From positions 7,812,001 through 7,876,000 of the forward strand of contig CM102286.1 in assembly GCA_046563655.1 (NCBI GenBank): a stretch of 64,000 nt of DNA, in the 5' to 3' direction. The stretch comes from Yuukianura sp. NJ FZ-2021. Lineage: Eukaryota. Every line of letters starts with the position of its first letter. The stretch's first letter is position 1. Both the position numbers and the translations under genes were made by a program. Below the pieces are notes generated by a model, which saw nothing but the letters and a program-made list of their open reading frames with translations, searched no databases and was not told the DNA's origin. Shown one piece after another: positions 1 through 13,200 of this stretch.

Positions 1-791
1 AACAACTCTGGAAAACGTTCAGGCGTATAAGTCAGTATTCCAAGGAAAGTTGGATCTGGAGCGGGATAAATTTTGAACACAAATTTTGTAACAATTCCAA
101 ACGAAGAAGCTACGCCTCCGCGTAGAGCCCAAAATAAGTCCGAATTTTTATGTTCATTGACGACTAATGGCAGACCTTGAGCTGAAACCATGGTCATTTC
201 AATAATATTGTCACTCATCAATCCATATTTTCTAACGTAGAAACCAACTCCACCTCCAGTAGCTGCTCCAGCGACTCCCATAGTTGGGCAAACTCCGTAT
301 GGCGTAAACACTTTACCTTGTTCCCAAAGATCCCAGGCCAATGGTGAATTTAAATATCCCGCCCCGATAGTAGCCGTCATTGTGTTTTTATCGATTTTCA
401 ACATTGTCAATTTTTTGACATCGACAATTACAGAGTTGGCGTCACCGAATGAAAATTTTTCCAGGGAATGTCCACCTCCTTTTGGAACAAGGCGAATGTT
501 AAATTCTCTTGCGCAAATTACAGTTGTCATCACATCTTGGTCGCATTCGACAACAATGTAGGCCATTGGGCACTTGTTTCCAAAATTTGCTTGCCATTGG
601 TAGTTCAATTCTTTGTAAATTTGAGGAGAATCCTTTTCAGTCACAATGCTGGAAGGTTTCACGCCAGCATTAGTTAGGCAAGTAGCAAACAAACTGTAGT
701 CACCTTGGCTTGGACTTGCTCTGGTTGCATAAATTGTTACTCCAAAATTATACAAAAGTGATACGAGAAGGCTGGTCAAAGCTAAAACCAT
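1..791 (-). CDS. Secreted FAD-linked oxidoreductase, berberine bridge enzyme (BBE)-like / VAO-PCMH family; 3' end runs off the window
   Basis: My translation from ATG 791 is open to base 1 (263 codons, absent from the ORF track). It has a hydrophobic signal-like N-terminus MVLALTSLLVSLL and motifs PMAYIVV, PKGGGHS (His108), TIGAG, YGVCPTMGVAGAATGGG (Cys168), RKYGLMSDNI and DLFWALRGG..SFGIVT. No intron in the visible CDS. Confidence 0.93.
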   Translation of the reverse strand, partial: MVLALTSLLVSLLYNFGVTIYATRASPSQGDYSLFATCLTNAGVKPSSIVTEKDSPQIYKELNYQWQANFGNKCPMAYIVVECDQDVMTTVICAREFNIRLVPKGGGHSLEKFSFGDANSVIVDVKKLTMLKIDKNTMTATIGAGYLNSPLAWDLWEQGKVFTPYGVCPTMGVAGAATGGGVGFYVRKYGLMSDNIIEMTMVSAQGLPLVVNEHKNSDLFWALRGGVASSFGIVTKFVFKIYPAPDPTFLGILTYTPERFPEL

Positions 792-3700
792 TCTAATTTT
801 CTACAAAAGGAAATTTTTTGAAAAAAAAAAAACTTCGGGAAAAATGATTCTCAAATAGTTTACTATTTGACTAAAATAGATATCGGTCATTGCAAGCGAC
901 TTTGTAAAGATTTGAAACACACTTTTTGTAGTAAGAACAAAAGGAATTGTTCAAAATAAGTAACCCAAGGTTATGGAAAGTTTTCGAAATCGATTATGCC
1001 AAAGCATAACTCAACTTAGTATTGCCTAGGCACAATGCAATGCCTTTATTCAGTAATCCGCTTCTGCGCATGCGACGTTTTAAATTTGACTAGGGCTTTT
1101 AAATTGGATTGGACCTTGTCTCTACGGAGCCTAGAAATAACTAATTGGATGAGGCTCTTAGGAAGTAGGAAAAGACAAGGCGGATTTAAGCTTAGCCTTT
1201 TGCCTGGAAATGATGATGGACAGCAAGACAAGAGCATTGAGTTGGCTAGGGAAAGTGGAATGCTGCCCAGCACTTTTGGGGTTGGTGCATTTTGCAGTAG
1301 TGTTAAGGCAGCTAAGTGGAGGCTGAGAGAGCTCCAGATCATATATCTATCTCTCGTGTAATCTTCTTATCTGTCCAGAAGGGCCTGGGATCCTAGTGAA
1401 GGGCCAGTCTCTCTAAAAAGAAAAAGTCCACCATCAACAATGTGCGGAGGGGAAAGTGGAAAAGAGAAAGTGGCGGGAAAAGTCTCGACGGGTCAATTTT
1501 TGAATAATGAGAATTTACGAGGACCTATTTTTATGGTGACGGAGAATAATAAGGGAAGTGGAGGAGAGAAAGTAAAATCTCCAGAGGTTTACACATTTTT
1601 TAGCTTTCTCGGCACAGCAGAATTTTTTGGCTCGTAGAAAACTGTGGTATTCTTGCGTTATGAAAGGAACGAAGGATATTTTTTTTGGTTCAAAATGGCT
1701 TCACATAATAATAATAATATCTTTTCCATTCCAAAAGGGAAAGGAAGACTTTTGGAAAAGAAAATTTTGGTGGTGTTGTCGCTGTGTGCCAGTCGTTAGT
1801 TTATTCCAACTGGAGATATTCTGGAGAGTGTGCAAGTAAATCATGATGAACGCCGTCGCGAATATTGTAGGTCTCCATATCCTGCTTATGTGGAATAAGG
1901 AAGGGAAAGGCGCATGAATAGGCGGAGAAAGCAGGAAAAGTAGCTTTCTCCTTTTCTCATTTTATATAATGCCACTTTACACGATTTCTCAAGGGAATTT
2001 ATAGCTGCCCATCCTAACTTTCGAGAATTTCCCCTTTCCCTACGTCGTTCTCGAATATGATTGCATAAGAATAAGGAAAAACGTCTACCATATCTTCTAG
2101 AATCCATAGTCTTTCTAGTACTTTTTAGTCGCTCTTGCCAAAAGCACCATAACCCGCCTACCAAAGCATCTTTTACCCCTAGGCGCAATTTTCAAAAACC
2201 GAAATTCAAATTTGGTAAATTCTTTTGTCGTTACATTACAGTTTCGGTTGATTTTCATTTTTGAAATTAGGCAATTTGTACTGCTGAAGGAAAAATGAAT
2301 TTATGAAATTCAGAAAGCAATGACGCATGAAGAGTAAGCGGAAATGCCTAGGGTGTCGAACAAATCAGAGTCCGCTTAACGTAAAACTAAAATTAATGGA
2401 GACCCAGTCTCAGTAATTGTACAAATTGTAAGAATTGTGGACAGGCTCATTTTTTAACTTTTGAAGTAAACAGAGAAGAGGCTTTTTTCTTATAGAATTC
2501 GGTCTCAAAGTCCGAAAAGTCAAAGTCATTCCGCCCGGTGTGATGTGATGTGAGTTGCCTTCTTGAAAAGGAAGATTTCATTGTTGTGGCAACAATGAAA
2601 CATCTCCTACAAGTATTGTAGCTGAATTAGGCAAACACATGTCTAGAAGTCCAAGTCGGACTTCTCTTCTGAACTGCTTCATGGACCCCCTCCCCCATAC
2701 ACTACACTGCAATCCATCACTTTCATTTCACATAATAAGGGGAATGTCATTAGACCAAGAAATGGAGGCTTTCCAACAGAAACGAAAAACGAGTAGAGGC
2801 AAAACGAATATTACATTTCCAAAACACATCTCATTTCCCTCATTTTTTCTTCTTCTTCATTTGTTACCATTTTCTGTCCAAAGTAGAGAGGCTAGTTGAA
2901 AGCATTTTGCTTTTTTCATTTTCAAAATCCAAAAGTTTTTTTTTGAACATGACAGATCCTAAAGTGTGTAACTGACAATGAAAATTTATATCAATTTGCT
3001 TTATGCACTCAAATTCAGAACCAAATGATCACTTTGCAAAAGGGACGTTTTGACTTTTTTTTTACAGAAAAGCAAAAGTTTCAAAAAAAAATCACATACA
3101 ATAATAACATAGCTAGACTTCAGAGAAACCATAGATTGGGAACTTTCTCTTTTTGGCCATTTTATTTTGGGCCTTTTCACCTCTGACCATTTCACTTTTG
3201 GAAATTTTGGAATTTTTTGAAATAAATTACATGAAATCATTTCTCTGTGTCTTTATATAAAGTTGTTTTAAAAAAACGAATCTTTTCAAATTCGTTTTTG
3301 AAAGTAGAAGGAGAGCAAGCAAAATCTGGTCAATGTTGACTCAGCAGGGTGATGTACTTTGCTTTTGTTTTAAAAAAGTAGCCAGTTTCCCTCTGTTGTT
3401 TAATGTAACATGATGATCAAAATTCATGAAGATTTGAACAAATATTGAGTTTCAGTAGTAGCTGGACATGCTAAGGGTTAGACGGAGTTTCATTTTGTGA
3501 AAATGTATTTATTTTGGTAAGCTACTGAAGCGAAGGATGGAGTGGCCGGTTAGAGTACTCTGAGATTATTATTATATTTATAGAAGCTAAGTAAGTTGAC
3601 GTAAAACCAAAGGAAAAGGAGCAGGAGGGTTGGGAGTCTTGCTGGTCGCAAAAGATAAACGAATTATTTAGGAGGAATTCTCTCCAGCTTCCTTTTTGTA

Positions 3701-6700
3701 TTTTTTTGAAGAAAGTCCTGTCCACTTTCCTGAATTTCAAGTCCGAAGCCAAGGAGGATAATGACGGAGAATGAGGATGTTCTTGAAAGAGAAAATAAAA
3801 CAAATTGTAAACAATGGAGAGAGCCTTCGACGAAAGTAATTCAGTCGTGGAGAGGGTTTCTTCGTTTACTTTTTATATTCTGTTTGCTCATCCTTCTACC
3901 TTGGACAGTGTAACTACATTACATTACCTCTTCTTAGGTTTGGTTAAGCGAAAGTAAGATGGTGAGTAATGCAGGCAGGGAGGGAGAAAGCCTATCCTAG
4001 ACACATGATGCTTGCTAATTGTATTCTCCGCATCAACCCTTTCTCTATCCGCTTCTATTAATCCCGAGCTAGAATTAAGTGCAGTGAAAGCTACTTTGAA
4101 AACTTTTCATTAGCACGGGAATATAAAATTTTGAGGCGCTAAACCCAAAAATTTTCATGAAAACATTTCACTTTCGTGTCAAAAATAAGCAAATTTACAT
4201 GCAAACTTTCACCAAAACTCAAAAAATTTGATTACAAAAATGCGTCAAAAATGTCGATTTCTCAGTTAGAGCTAATGGAACCGCGCTCCGTGACATGCTT
4301 CAGACTTGCCTAGAAAAAAACGGCGCACTTGGATTATGAATGAGCACAACTAGGAATAGGAATGTAAAAAATTGACGTTGCGCAGTCACTAATGCTAGAT
4401 TTAGAATCCGCATTGGGAATTTTCTTCCAGAAAGATAATTTAGTGACTGATTTAAAGTGGGCTTGTTAGTGTTTGTCAGTAGAATAGGTTAGGCTAGTTG
4501 AAAACCTAATAATTCTTTGACTCTAATAACTTGATATTTTGAGACAGAAAGCAATTGTTTTGAGCAGCAGGGAGTTGAAGGCCTGTCCCTGGAAGGAAGT
4601 GCAGACTAGGAATGAGGGAATAGCATTACACTTATTCCTTAGAAAATAGACAAAAAATTCAAATAAATCCCTGTCTGTGTGTGCCTTTTCACTGATTCCT
4701 TTGAAACTTTTCTCGGAACTGCCTCTCGTTCCATATCCCACTTCCATGGTATTCGTACCAAAAGCAATTCAAGTGTATTATCATAATTTTAGTATCTCAT
4801 ACATATTTAACTCAGCTCACTTCTCCAGTCAATGGGATTTTCAATCTGAATTATTCAAGGAGTAGATCTCATGCTGCTTTGGAAAACTGGAACGTCAAGG
4901 CTTCAACTCTAAACTTGGAAATATTTTCCAAAAATCTCACAACCTACACAAACAATCCAATTTTGGCTATTACAAAATCCTATTAAATTTTAGAACAGAA
5001 ATAAATCCAAGACAAAAGTCCTTCGGATTCAAAGAACACAAGCCATAGTAATATTTGATAGACAAGCGACTAGGTAATGGTTAGGTTTGTTAAGATAACG
5101 AGATCTGGTTATATCCATATATGTTAGGCGAAATTGTGGAATCGTAATTGAATCTTTTTCCAAGTCAAATGAGTCCAACTATATATGAAGATCAATAGAG
5201 TTTTGATTGAACAAAGAATTTCTTGATCATTCCGCTCTTCGTTGACTTTCTCCCGCGGGAATTTTTGAAAAGAAAGAATCACAGTGATGATGAAACCGAA
5301 AAAGTACAGAAAGGGAAAGATCCACAGAGATCCAAAAATAGTAGATTCAAGGAGCATAAGAATTCTTCGACTTTCTTCTTTTTTTGAGAAGGCATTTTTG
5401 GAAGTTAGAAAAAAATGGAGGAAAATATTATTCGAATTCCAAAAGGAATTTTCTCAATAAATCTGCCCTAAAGTTTCCTTTTTCATACAAACGGCTATAT
5501 ACGCTTCTGCCCTGGCTTCCTTATTATCATCCTTCGCTTTCTTCTCTGAAAAACTGACTTGACTTTTTGGAAGCTTTTCTTCTTCCAAATGCATAAGGAA
5601 AAGAAAAGATTTTTTTCCCATTTTTTGGCTGCCATTTCTTTTCCATATATCAAATAACTTTCTCTTTTTTCTTTCCATCTTCCGCCTCCATCGACCTTTC
5701 AGCAATTTGATTCCTTCAGTTCCATTTTTTCTAAAAATCCTAAATTCACTGTAGAGAACGACGAAAGTAAAAAATAGGAAGCTTTTTAGTCGCTTTGAAA
5801 CAATTTTCTCACAGTGCTTTTGACTTTCTTTTTTTTCCCTCGTCTTTTTGGATAACTCTTCGAAAATGGTTTTATTTCAATTTGGACTCAATTTAATATT
5901 TGTTCAAAAAATACTTTTTTCAAAGAAAAGTTGTAAATTTGATTGAGAGCTTGAAAGCTCTTGAGCATTTTTTTCCTTTCTAAAAAAAAAAGTAGAAAAA
6001 GAAAGGTTTTTTCTTTCACAACTTATTTGTAACTCTTTAAGTTTTTTTTACCGTCAAAATGGTGAAAGCAGGAAAAAGTTCGCTATTTCTTCGATCCATT
6101 TTGAAAAATTTTGTCTTGGACAAGACACACTTCAGGATTTCACCTTTGGGTTTTTTTTTATTCGGCGTACCGAAGATGGAACAAGCGCCGCCTAGGGACA
6201 TTAGGAAAACTTCGTGGAATAAGTTTTAAAAAATTCAATAAAATCCAAATGCAATTTTTGAAAAATGAAAGTAACAAAAAACATCAAGTTTTTCTTTAGT
6301 ATTTTCAAAACTTAGGATCGAATCAACGCTAAAAGTAAAACTTTATTTGCTTCAGCTTCAATTTCAAATTAGGTTATTTAAACTGAGGGAATTTTTTGTT
6401 AAGTGTTCAAATCAGGAATGCTTCCTACACCTTGTCGATTTTGTGTTAGATTCGTTTTAGGCTGGATTAATAAAAAATATTTAGTATGTTCGGAACATTT
6501 CTCCATTACCATCGGATTGTTTGTCACTTTTAATTATGTTAATCAAAACGCTCGTCCACTGACTAGCAAAGGGAAAGTTATTTGAAAAAGTTCACTGGAA
6601 AGAAAGTTTTGTGGTCGTGAGGTTGGCGCGTTCCTTTGAAAAAGTTTCTTTTTCTGAATCAGTTGAGCATTCTTGTCACGTCCAAGACTAATGCCTTGCC

Positions 6701-9464
6701 GCACCCTAATTTGCAGAGGAGGTCACTTGACATTCAAGGGATTGACATTCAGTGAGGGAGGTCAACTTTGACAGTCCCTTTTTCTGTCGTGTGCGGAACC
6801 TCTCGCCAAGGCCTTTCATCTTTTACGTCCTGAATCTAAAATTGAGTCAGTCAACCGAAACCTTTTATGCTCCTCCAACAACCCATCTTCCCAAGTTAGG
6901 CTAGCCGAACCTACGTTATTCCCTATGTCCAACTACACTTCCGCTATGCTGCTTCCCATCAGAAAAAAAGCACCAAAAAAGGATTTTTTGTAACTTTGCT
7001 TTCTCCAGACACTCCGAACTGAGTAACATGTATAGTCAAAAAGTTCGAATTGTGACTAGAATTTACAAGTAGAAGAGAAAAGTTTCCTTTTGATGAATTT
7101 CAAAGTTACAATTCGACAGACGGACTTCTCAAAGCAGTTTTCCTTCCATGAATTAATTACAATTTCCAATAGGAATTTTGTTTAGAAAAAAGAAAACCAC
7201 AGTCGATGCATCAAAGCTACAATTTTGGTAATTCCGGTTGGGGAGTATACTTTCCATTTCCTTTTTCCAAATGAACCCAAAAGTGTGCCGCCCGTAATTT
7301 TGAAAAGTTGTTCAAACGTTTTTGAAACTTTTTGAGAAAAAAGAGCGGGATGAGTAAATGACTTTTGCTAATTGCATAATGGGGAGAAGCATCCTTTCAG
7401 TATTTTTTGAAAAGTTGTGTTTCAAAAGGAGGGCAATTGCTCAAACGTAGATCCCAAGGAGGAGGCTCAGCGGAGAGTATTAATAATAAATTGGTTTGTG
7501 CGTTACGGTCCAGTCACTGCAGTGCTGCTGGACGTTGTTTTTCCAAAACCTAAAGTTTTTTTTCTGAAGCTTTGGTTCCATTTGCCTCCAATCGTCTAGC
7601 TATGTAGCAAACCTCCTAAAGTTTACCCGCCTCAAAACAAAATTGCCCGGGAATGATAAATTGCTTAATTTACAAGAGGCTCAGGTGGTCAATTACTTTA
7701 CACAATATAAATCGGCTTCTCTACTTGATGTGATGGGGAATAACAAAAACGGCGTTGACAAATTGATTCCTAGCACATTTTGGAATTGACGTAACACTCT
7801 AACTGCTAAAGGAAGCCAAAAGAGGTCCAAAATACTCGTAACTTCAACGATAGTTTTTTAACCTGTCGATTTTATTTTGATGTTAACTGGAATATATTTC
7901 TGACTTTCGAAAATAAACGAAAATCGAACGATACGCAAATTTTTCCTGTCGCCTGTTGTCTGTATCAGTATTTGTTTTCCTATGATTTCGGATATGTTCT
8001 GTTTTCGGTTTATAAGTTGAGTATGAACCAAACGATTATGGATGAGAAGTTCACTTTTACGCGTTTTATGTGTAGACATTAGTTGTTGACGGTACTCTTT
8101 GACGCCGTTTTCGACTTCAACGCCATATTAGCTTATAAAGGTGTGAACATGAAAGAATTTTGAACAATTTTCTAGTTTGAGCATGCTGTGTGAAATGAAA
8201 TAGTAACTAAGGCACTTCCCTACTGTATGGTAAACTTATGCAGTAAACGAGGCCTGTGTGTTTTTGTGCATTTAATGCATGTAAGGTATCGTATTACACC
8301 TCATACATAGACCATAGACCCCTAATCTGCTATTCAATGTTTGAAATATTCAACAGAATATTTTAAGAAAAGGTAGCTTTTGAACTTCTTGTTTCAGGAA
8401 ACACAACGTGGCTCAACACCATGCCCAACCCCAACACAACATTGTTTCTCCATTTTAAAAAGGAATAACAAAATTTACCGCCAAACGCAGTTAATGTATT
8501 TTAAGGCAGGAAAACTAAAACTGAACTGCAGGACTAAATTTAACACTTGTCAAGTCTTGTTAAGTTTTAACTCTTGGTTGTGAATCATTTACACTTGTTA
8601 ATAGCATTCGAAAATATTCTTCAAACAAATGCCTGTTCATACTGCTTAGCTATTTTAATAATACTGTTACATAACTTTTATACATCGGAGTAGTAATGTG
8701 TACTGTAAAATTAATGTTTTACTTTCTACATTTTTATTTGTCTACCACTCTGAAACTACTAATACAACTGCTACTCTGATGAGAGTTTTATTTTTTGTCT
8801 TGAGGAAACTGACCTTCGTTAAAGTGTAGATCAGCTCAGAATTCTCCTGCTGAAGAGAGATGAGAAATTATTTAGAGTTATTCGAACCCTAGTATTTTTT
8901 AGTCTACTCCAAAAAGTAGGTCAGGGATGCAATGTGTTCGAGGGGTTCAAAATGTATTTATCCTAAACCTGGAAAAAGAGGAACATAATGACTGAGAAAA
9001 TGCGTTGCCTCCAGTCAAACAAGTTGAAGCAAAATTCGACTCACAGATCTTTAAGGGTCCTGACAAAACCCTCAGCAAGTCAAATTGCCGTCCGAGGACC
9101 CTTATTTTTTCATTTCTGATTTGGATCTTTTGAAAATTCTTCTCAATTCTTAGAAAAAGGGTGAAATTTCAAACTATATTTTTATGTTCACCAAATAGTT
9201 ACGTTTCGAACAGCCCTCGGCTTAAACCTTACCAACAAATTTCCACAACTCAATCTAACAAAAAACAACACATTTTAAAGAATGTATTGTAAAATATATA
9301 CTACAATTAAGCAAGGTTATCAACTAACAATTTTTTTAAACGAAAAAAAGTGTAATATACATAATAGTCTGTTACTTTTTGTTATGTTGGTGTTGTGTAT
9401 GTAGTAGTTGTACTTTATGTTTGTATGTGTGATAATAGCTGGCTTTATGGCCTCCACATAAATG

Positions 9465-9520
9465 TGTAATTATGATATGCATATGTGTGCATAATAATAT
9501 GTAAATGCAAATAATGCATA
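9465..9520. promoter_or_regulatory. POU/octamer site cluster upstream of nub exon 1
   Basis: ATGCAAAT at 9505-9512 within ATATGCATAT, TGCATAAT, ATGTAAAT and TAATGCAT variants. Confidence 0.4.
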
Positions 9521-10192
9521 GGATACAAGCAAACCAATTGACTTAAAATGAGCTAGATTAGGAAAACTAAAAATAGTATACATCAGTAATCATGAGGACG
9601 ATATTTTAAAAACCATGAGAAACAGAGTTGATTACAAAACGTGAAATTTGATTAGATGTATTTTTTATGCTAAAAATCACAAATTGGTTACGCTGTGTCT
9701 ACTCCTGTTATCGAACTATTTAACAAGTAGTTTAACTAAATTTCTCTACCTAGATTGCCGAAGGACGTATGTATAATTGTATTTAAATGTTCTCCATACC
9801 TATTTGTTTACTTTGTGATTCCTTTATCTGGGAATTTGCTTGATTTTGGCATTCTACATTATTCATCTCCCGCCTACTTATCAACTCCCTATTCTCCTCA
9901 TCAGGCCTAAAAAAGAAAAACAATGATGATAATAAAATATTAAAATTGATGCAGACAGCTAGGGAATACAATGGCCAAGAATTTAAATCCACGACCCAGT
10001 TCCTCCCTCAAATTGCCTTCATTACAGTGCCAGTTTGTGTTGAAACATTACTTTGTTTTGTGATTTTGATTTTTATTCCTTCGATTTTTTTTAGTTTTGG
10101 TTTCCCGTTTGCGATTATTTTGGACCCAGCAAAATTTTTTGCGGAAGTTTTGTTTTGCAAAATTTGGCACCCTGGACTCGTACCAAGAGTTT

Positions 10193-10284
10193 ATGTCCCT
10201 ACTCCTAGCCCCGCCGACCTTGACGCCACCGCCGGACCTCCAGCCACCCAGGATGGAACGCAGAGGAAGGCCGAGGAATATTCT
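10193..10284 (+). CDS. nub: nub coding exon 1 ([30 protein letters not shown], ends phase 2)
   Basis: GC-rich patch with ATG at 10193 and consensus donor CT|GTAAGT at 10285; phase matches the 17836 exon. Confidence 0.65.
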
Positions 10285-13200
10285 GTAAGTAGTGCATGCT
10301 TTTTGAATTTATGCTTTTTATGATACAATTTCAAAGAAATACAAAAAGGTTCGGTATTTCACAAAATTTGCGGAAGAATGATTACACTGAACCTACTACT
10401 AGTATATTTGAAATTTACTCAAGCACTAATAGGTTCAAAATGCAAATGAAACTTACTCATGCATCTGAATCATGTTCAGTATTCAGATGCAAAAGGTTAA
10501 TAATCACCTTATTACTAACTAAGCTGACGTTATCCGTAGAATTTCACTTAATTTTGAGAAAAACATATAAAAATTTTAAAGAGTAAAAGTGCACATTATG
10601 TTTAGATATTTTGAACGACATAAAATAAAGTGAAATGAAATATGCTTAGAAAAGTGTATGCTGAGAATTGAGATACGATAAAAGTTGATGGTAAAAGTGA
10701 GTGTGGGTATAAAAAGATCGATCATTTTTTGGAGTGAAAGTTGCGGGAGAAGGCGTAGGGTGGTCCCCTGCCCTAAGAAAGTTGTCACTTCAAATTGACA
10801 GTTCGTGGAAATGTCTCCTGGCGGGGCTTCCGTTTTTCATTATTCTTCTGAGTTCTCCTCGAACCCCTGCAAACTTTCTTCCATGATAATAATTTTTTAA
10901 AAGTCTATTTCGATTCTCAGCAGAGTGCAGCAAAATTGACTCAATTTGAAAATACAATTGTGCATAAACTTCAAAAAAACAACAAATATTATAGGCGCCT
11001 CGATATCAATTTTCCAAATTTTTCATAACATATTTCTAGAAAGTTTCTAAAATTTTACATTAGCTATAACAACTTTCTTTTAAATTGCACATTAAATCCA
11101 AAGCAGAGTAATTTCACAGTAGGGTTTAAGGTCCACTTGACTTGGGTACTAAAATTAAAGAGTCACTTTCTCTTTATATTCGTCCAAAAAACAAGAGAAT
11201 AATACCTTGAGTTTCCAAGTAGAAACCTCATTCCGAATAGTAGGGTTCCAGATAACAGAATCGAAAAAAGCAGGAATTCACACTGTAGCTTAGAGCAGCT
11301 CCAAATCTTAAACTCATCGAGCTTACGGTACTCACCTGCCTAACTTAAATTAACTTAACCTAACATAATATAAACGCAACCAACGTAAGGTAAAACTTTC
11401 GGTCATATTGGCATGCAACTATGACTTTCACCGAATTATAACGTATGTTTCGGTAAGACTTTCCTCCAGAAGTAGCTTGGAGGGGTTGTAAGGTTAGGTC
11501 CCTATTAGGGAATTTACGGTAGTTGGTAACTGAGGAGTAGACTTAGCATTAAATTGGTATTATTGATCACTCAGCTGGAGGCAATTAATTAGAGGAGTTT
11601 GTGACTGTGGCGGTGTAGGGACGGGGACGGCGGAAGGAGGCGGAATGAAATGAAAGGCCCATTATGAGACTTTCTCTTCCAGTTGTAAGTAGCATTAAAC
11701 GTGAATGATTATCATGTCCTGCCAAGAGGGATCAGGAATGAAGCAGAAAGGGAATTTCATATTTCTTTTTCTATTATTTCTTAGCTCATTTCTTCTGCAA
11801 CTGACCAAAGAACAAGGAACGGAAAGCACAACGTTCCCCTCAGCTTTCACCAGTACTATTATTAGGCACCAGATATGCCTTCTCGGCATCCATGTCATTA
11901 GAATGGAATTAAGAAGTAAAGCGCTTCCCCAGGGCTCCTTGGCTTTTGCGCAATGCGAAACTACTTTTCCTAAAAACATAAACCCCGCTTTGAACAATAT
12001 TTGGAATTTAAAGCCAGTTTGAGTCATAAATCAAATATATTTCAAAAAAATTCTTGTTTGATTTCTTTTTCTTCCGAATTTCACATTTTTCTGGCCTAAG
12101 AACGCGATTTGGATCGTCGGCGCATCATAATTGCTTCTTCTGCGCATAAAAATTGCTGCATGGTAAAATCTCGAAACGAGGTCGGTAGAAAGCTGTAAAA
12201 AAAGCGCGACATCTTAATTTGGAATTTTTCTTGTGCCTCATCACGGATTCTCGGGCAGTGGCTGTGATTGTGTTAATAAGAAGAGGAGAGAAAAGTCTTG
12301 GTTCCATAAAGAAAATGTTGCGAGGGAGAGAGCGAGAGAAAGCACTTTGTGTGAGCCCTTAATTTCGTGCAGAATTTCTTTTCGAGACTTAAGGTTGTGG
12401 GGCTCCTCAGAAGTTATAATGTATGGCCACCATTATGAGTTTTGGAGTGTGCTGAATAAGTTATACACTTTACGTACATAGTACTTCCTTCCCTACTCCT
12501 CTAGCATATTAAATGGCATCAAAAGTCTTAGATGGAGCCTTGGTCATTCCTTCCAAAAAAGCAGGCACTAAGACGCAGTAATAAGGGCTCAGAAAGTATA
12601 AAGAGAGAAAGTGATGGAGAAAGCAGCGGGAAAGTGAGCTTAATAATATTATATTAGTAGACAGTGGGGAACGGAAAATTCCTTTTAGTTTCTCCCGCTC
12701 CGAATGGATTTCATCCGCCTCCTACAGAAAAAAATAATAATCAGGCTTTACGAATTCAAGTGCACGTTCGGGTGCCTCCTACTTCATTAACGCCATTTCC
12801 ACTTTCCCACCAAAACCTTCAGAATTCATTCCCCTCAGTCACAAACTAATTCAAGCCACCTCTCCACCTACGCAAACAATTTCTGCCCTAGCATGTTTCT
12901 GAAAAATAAAATGGGTTTGAAAAAATAAAATAATTTTAAGAAAATGGCCTGTTTTAGGTTGATTTTAAAACCTTAGCCGAAAATCAGCTACGAAAATTTT
13001 CTTGTCTATCTGTGTGGGAGCTGAAACCTTATTGAATATGTTGTGTTTTAAACAACTTGAAATGTTATCACGCTACATGATTCATGCTCACAGGAATGCT
13101 TGACTAAAAATAAAAATTCTCGCACGAAAGGAATAGTCATGAGTGTGCTTTGTTATTTGTGAAATGATAACATAAGTTAGTTGGTTTCTTATTGTTTGTA

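Noticed and set aside
7858..8130. Protein-like minus-strand ORF (MSTHKTRK...)
   Set aside because: In-frame stop right after the candidate acceptor and no linked exons; cannot be supported without RNA data.
9231..9432. AC-rich to GT-rich switch resembling a hairpin or MITE
   Set aside because: The arms are only compositionally complementary; no terminal inverted repeats or target duplication seen.
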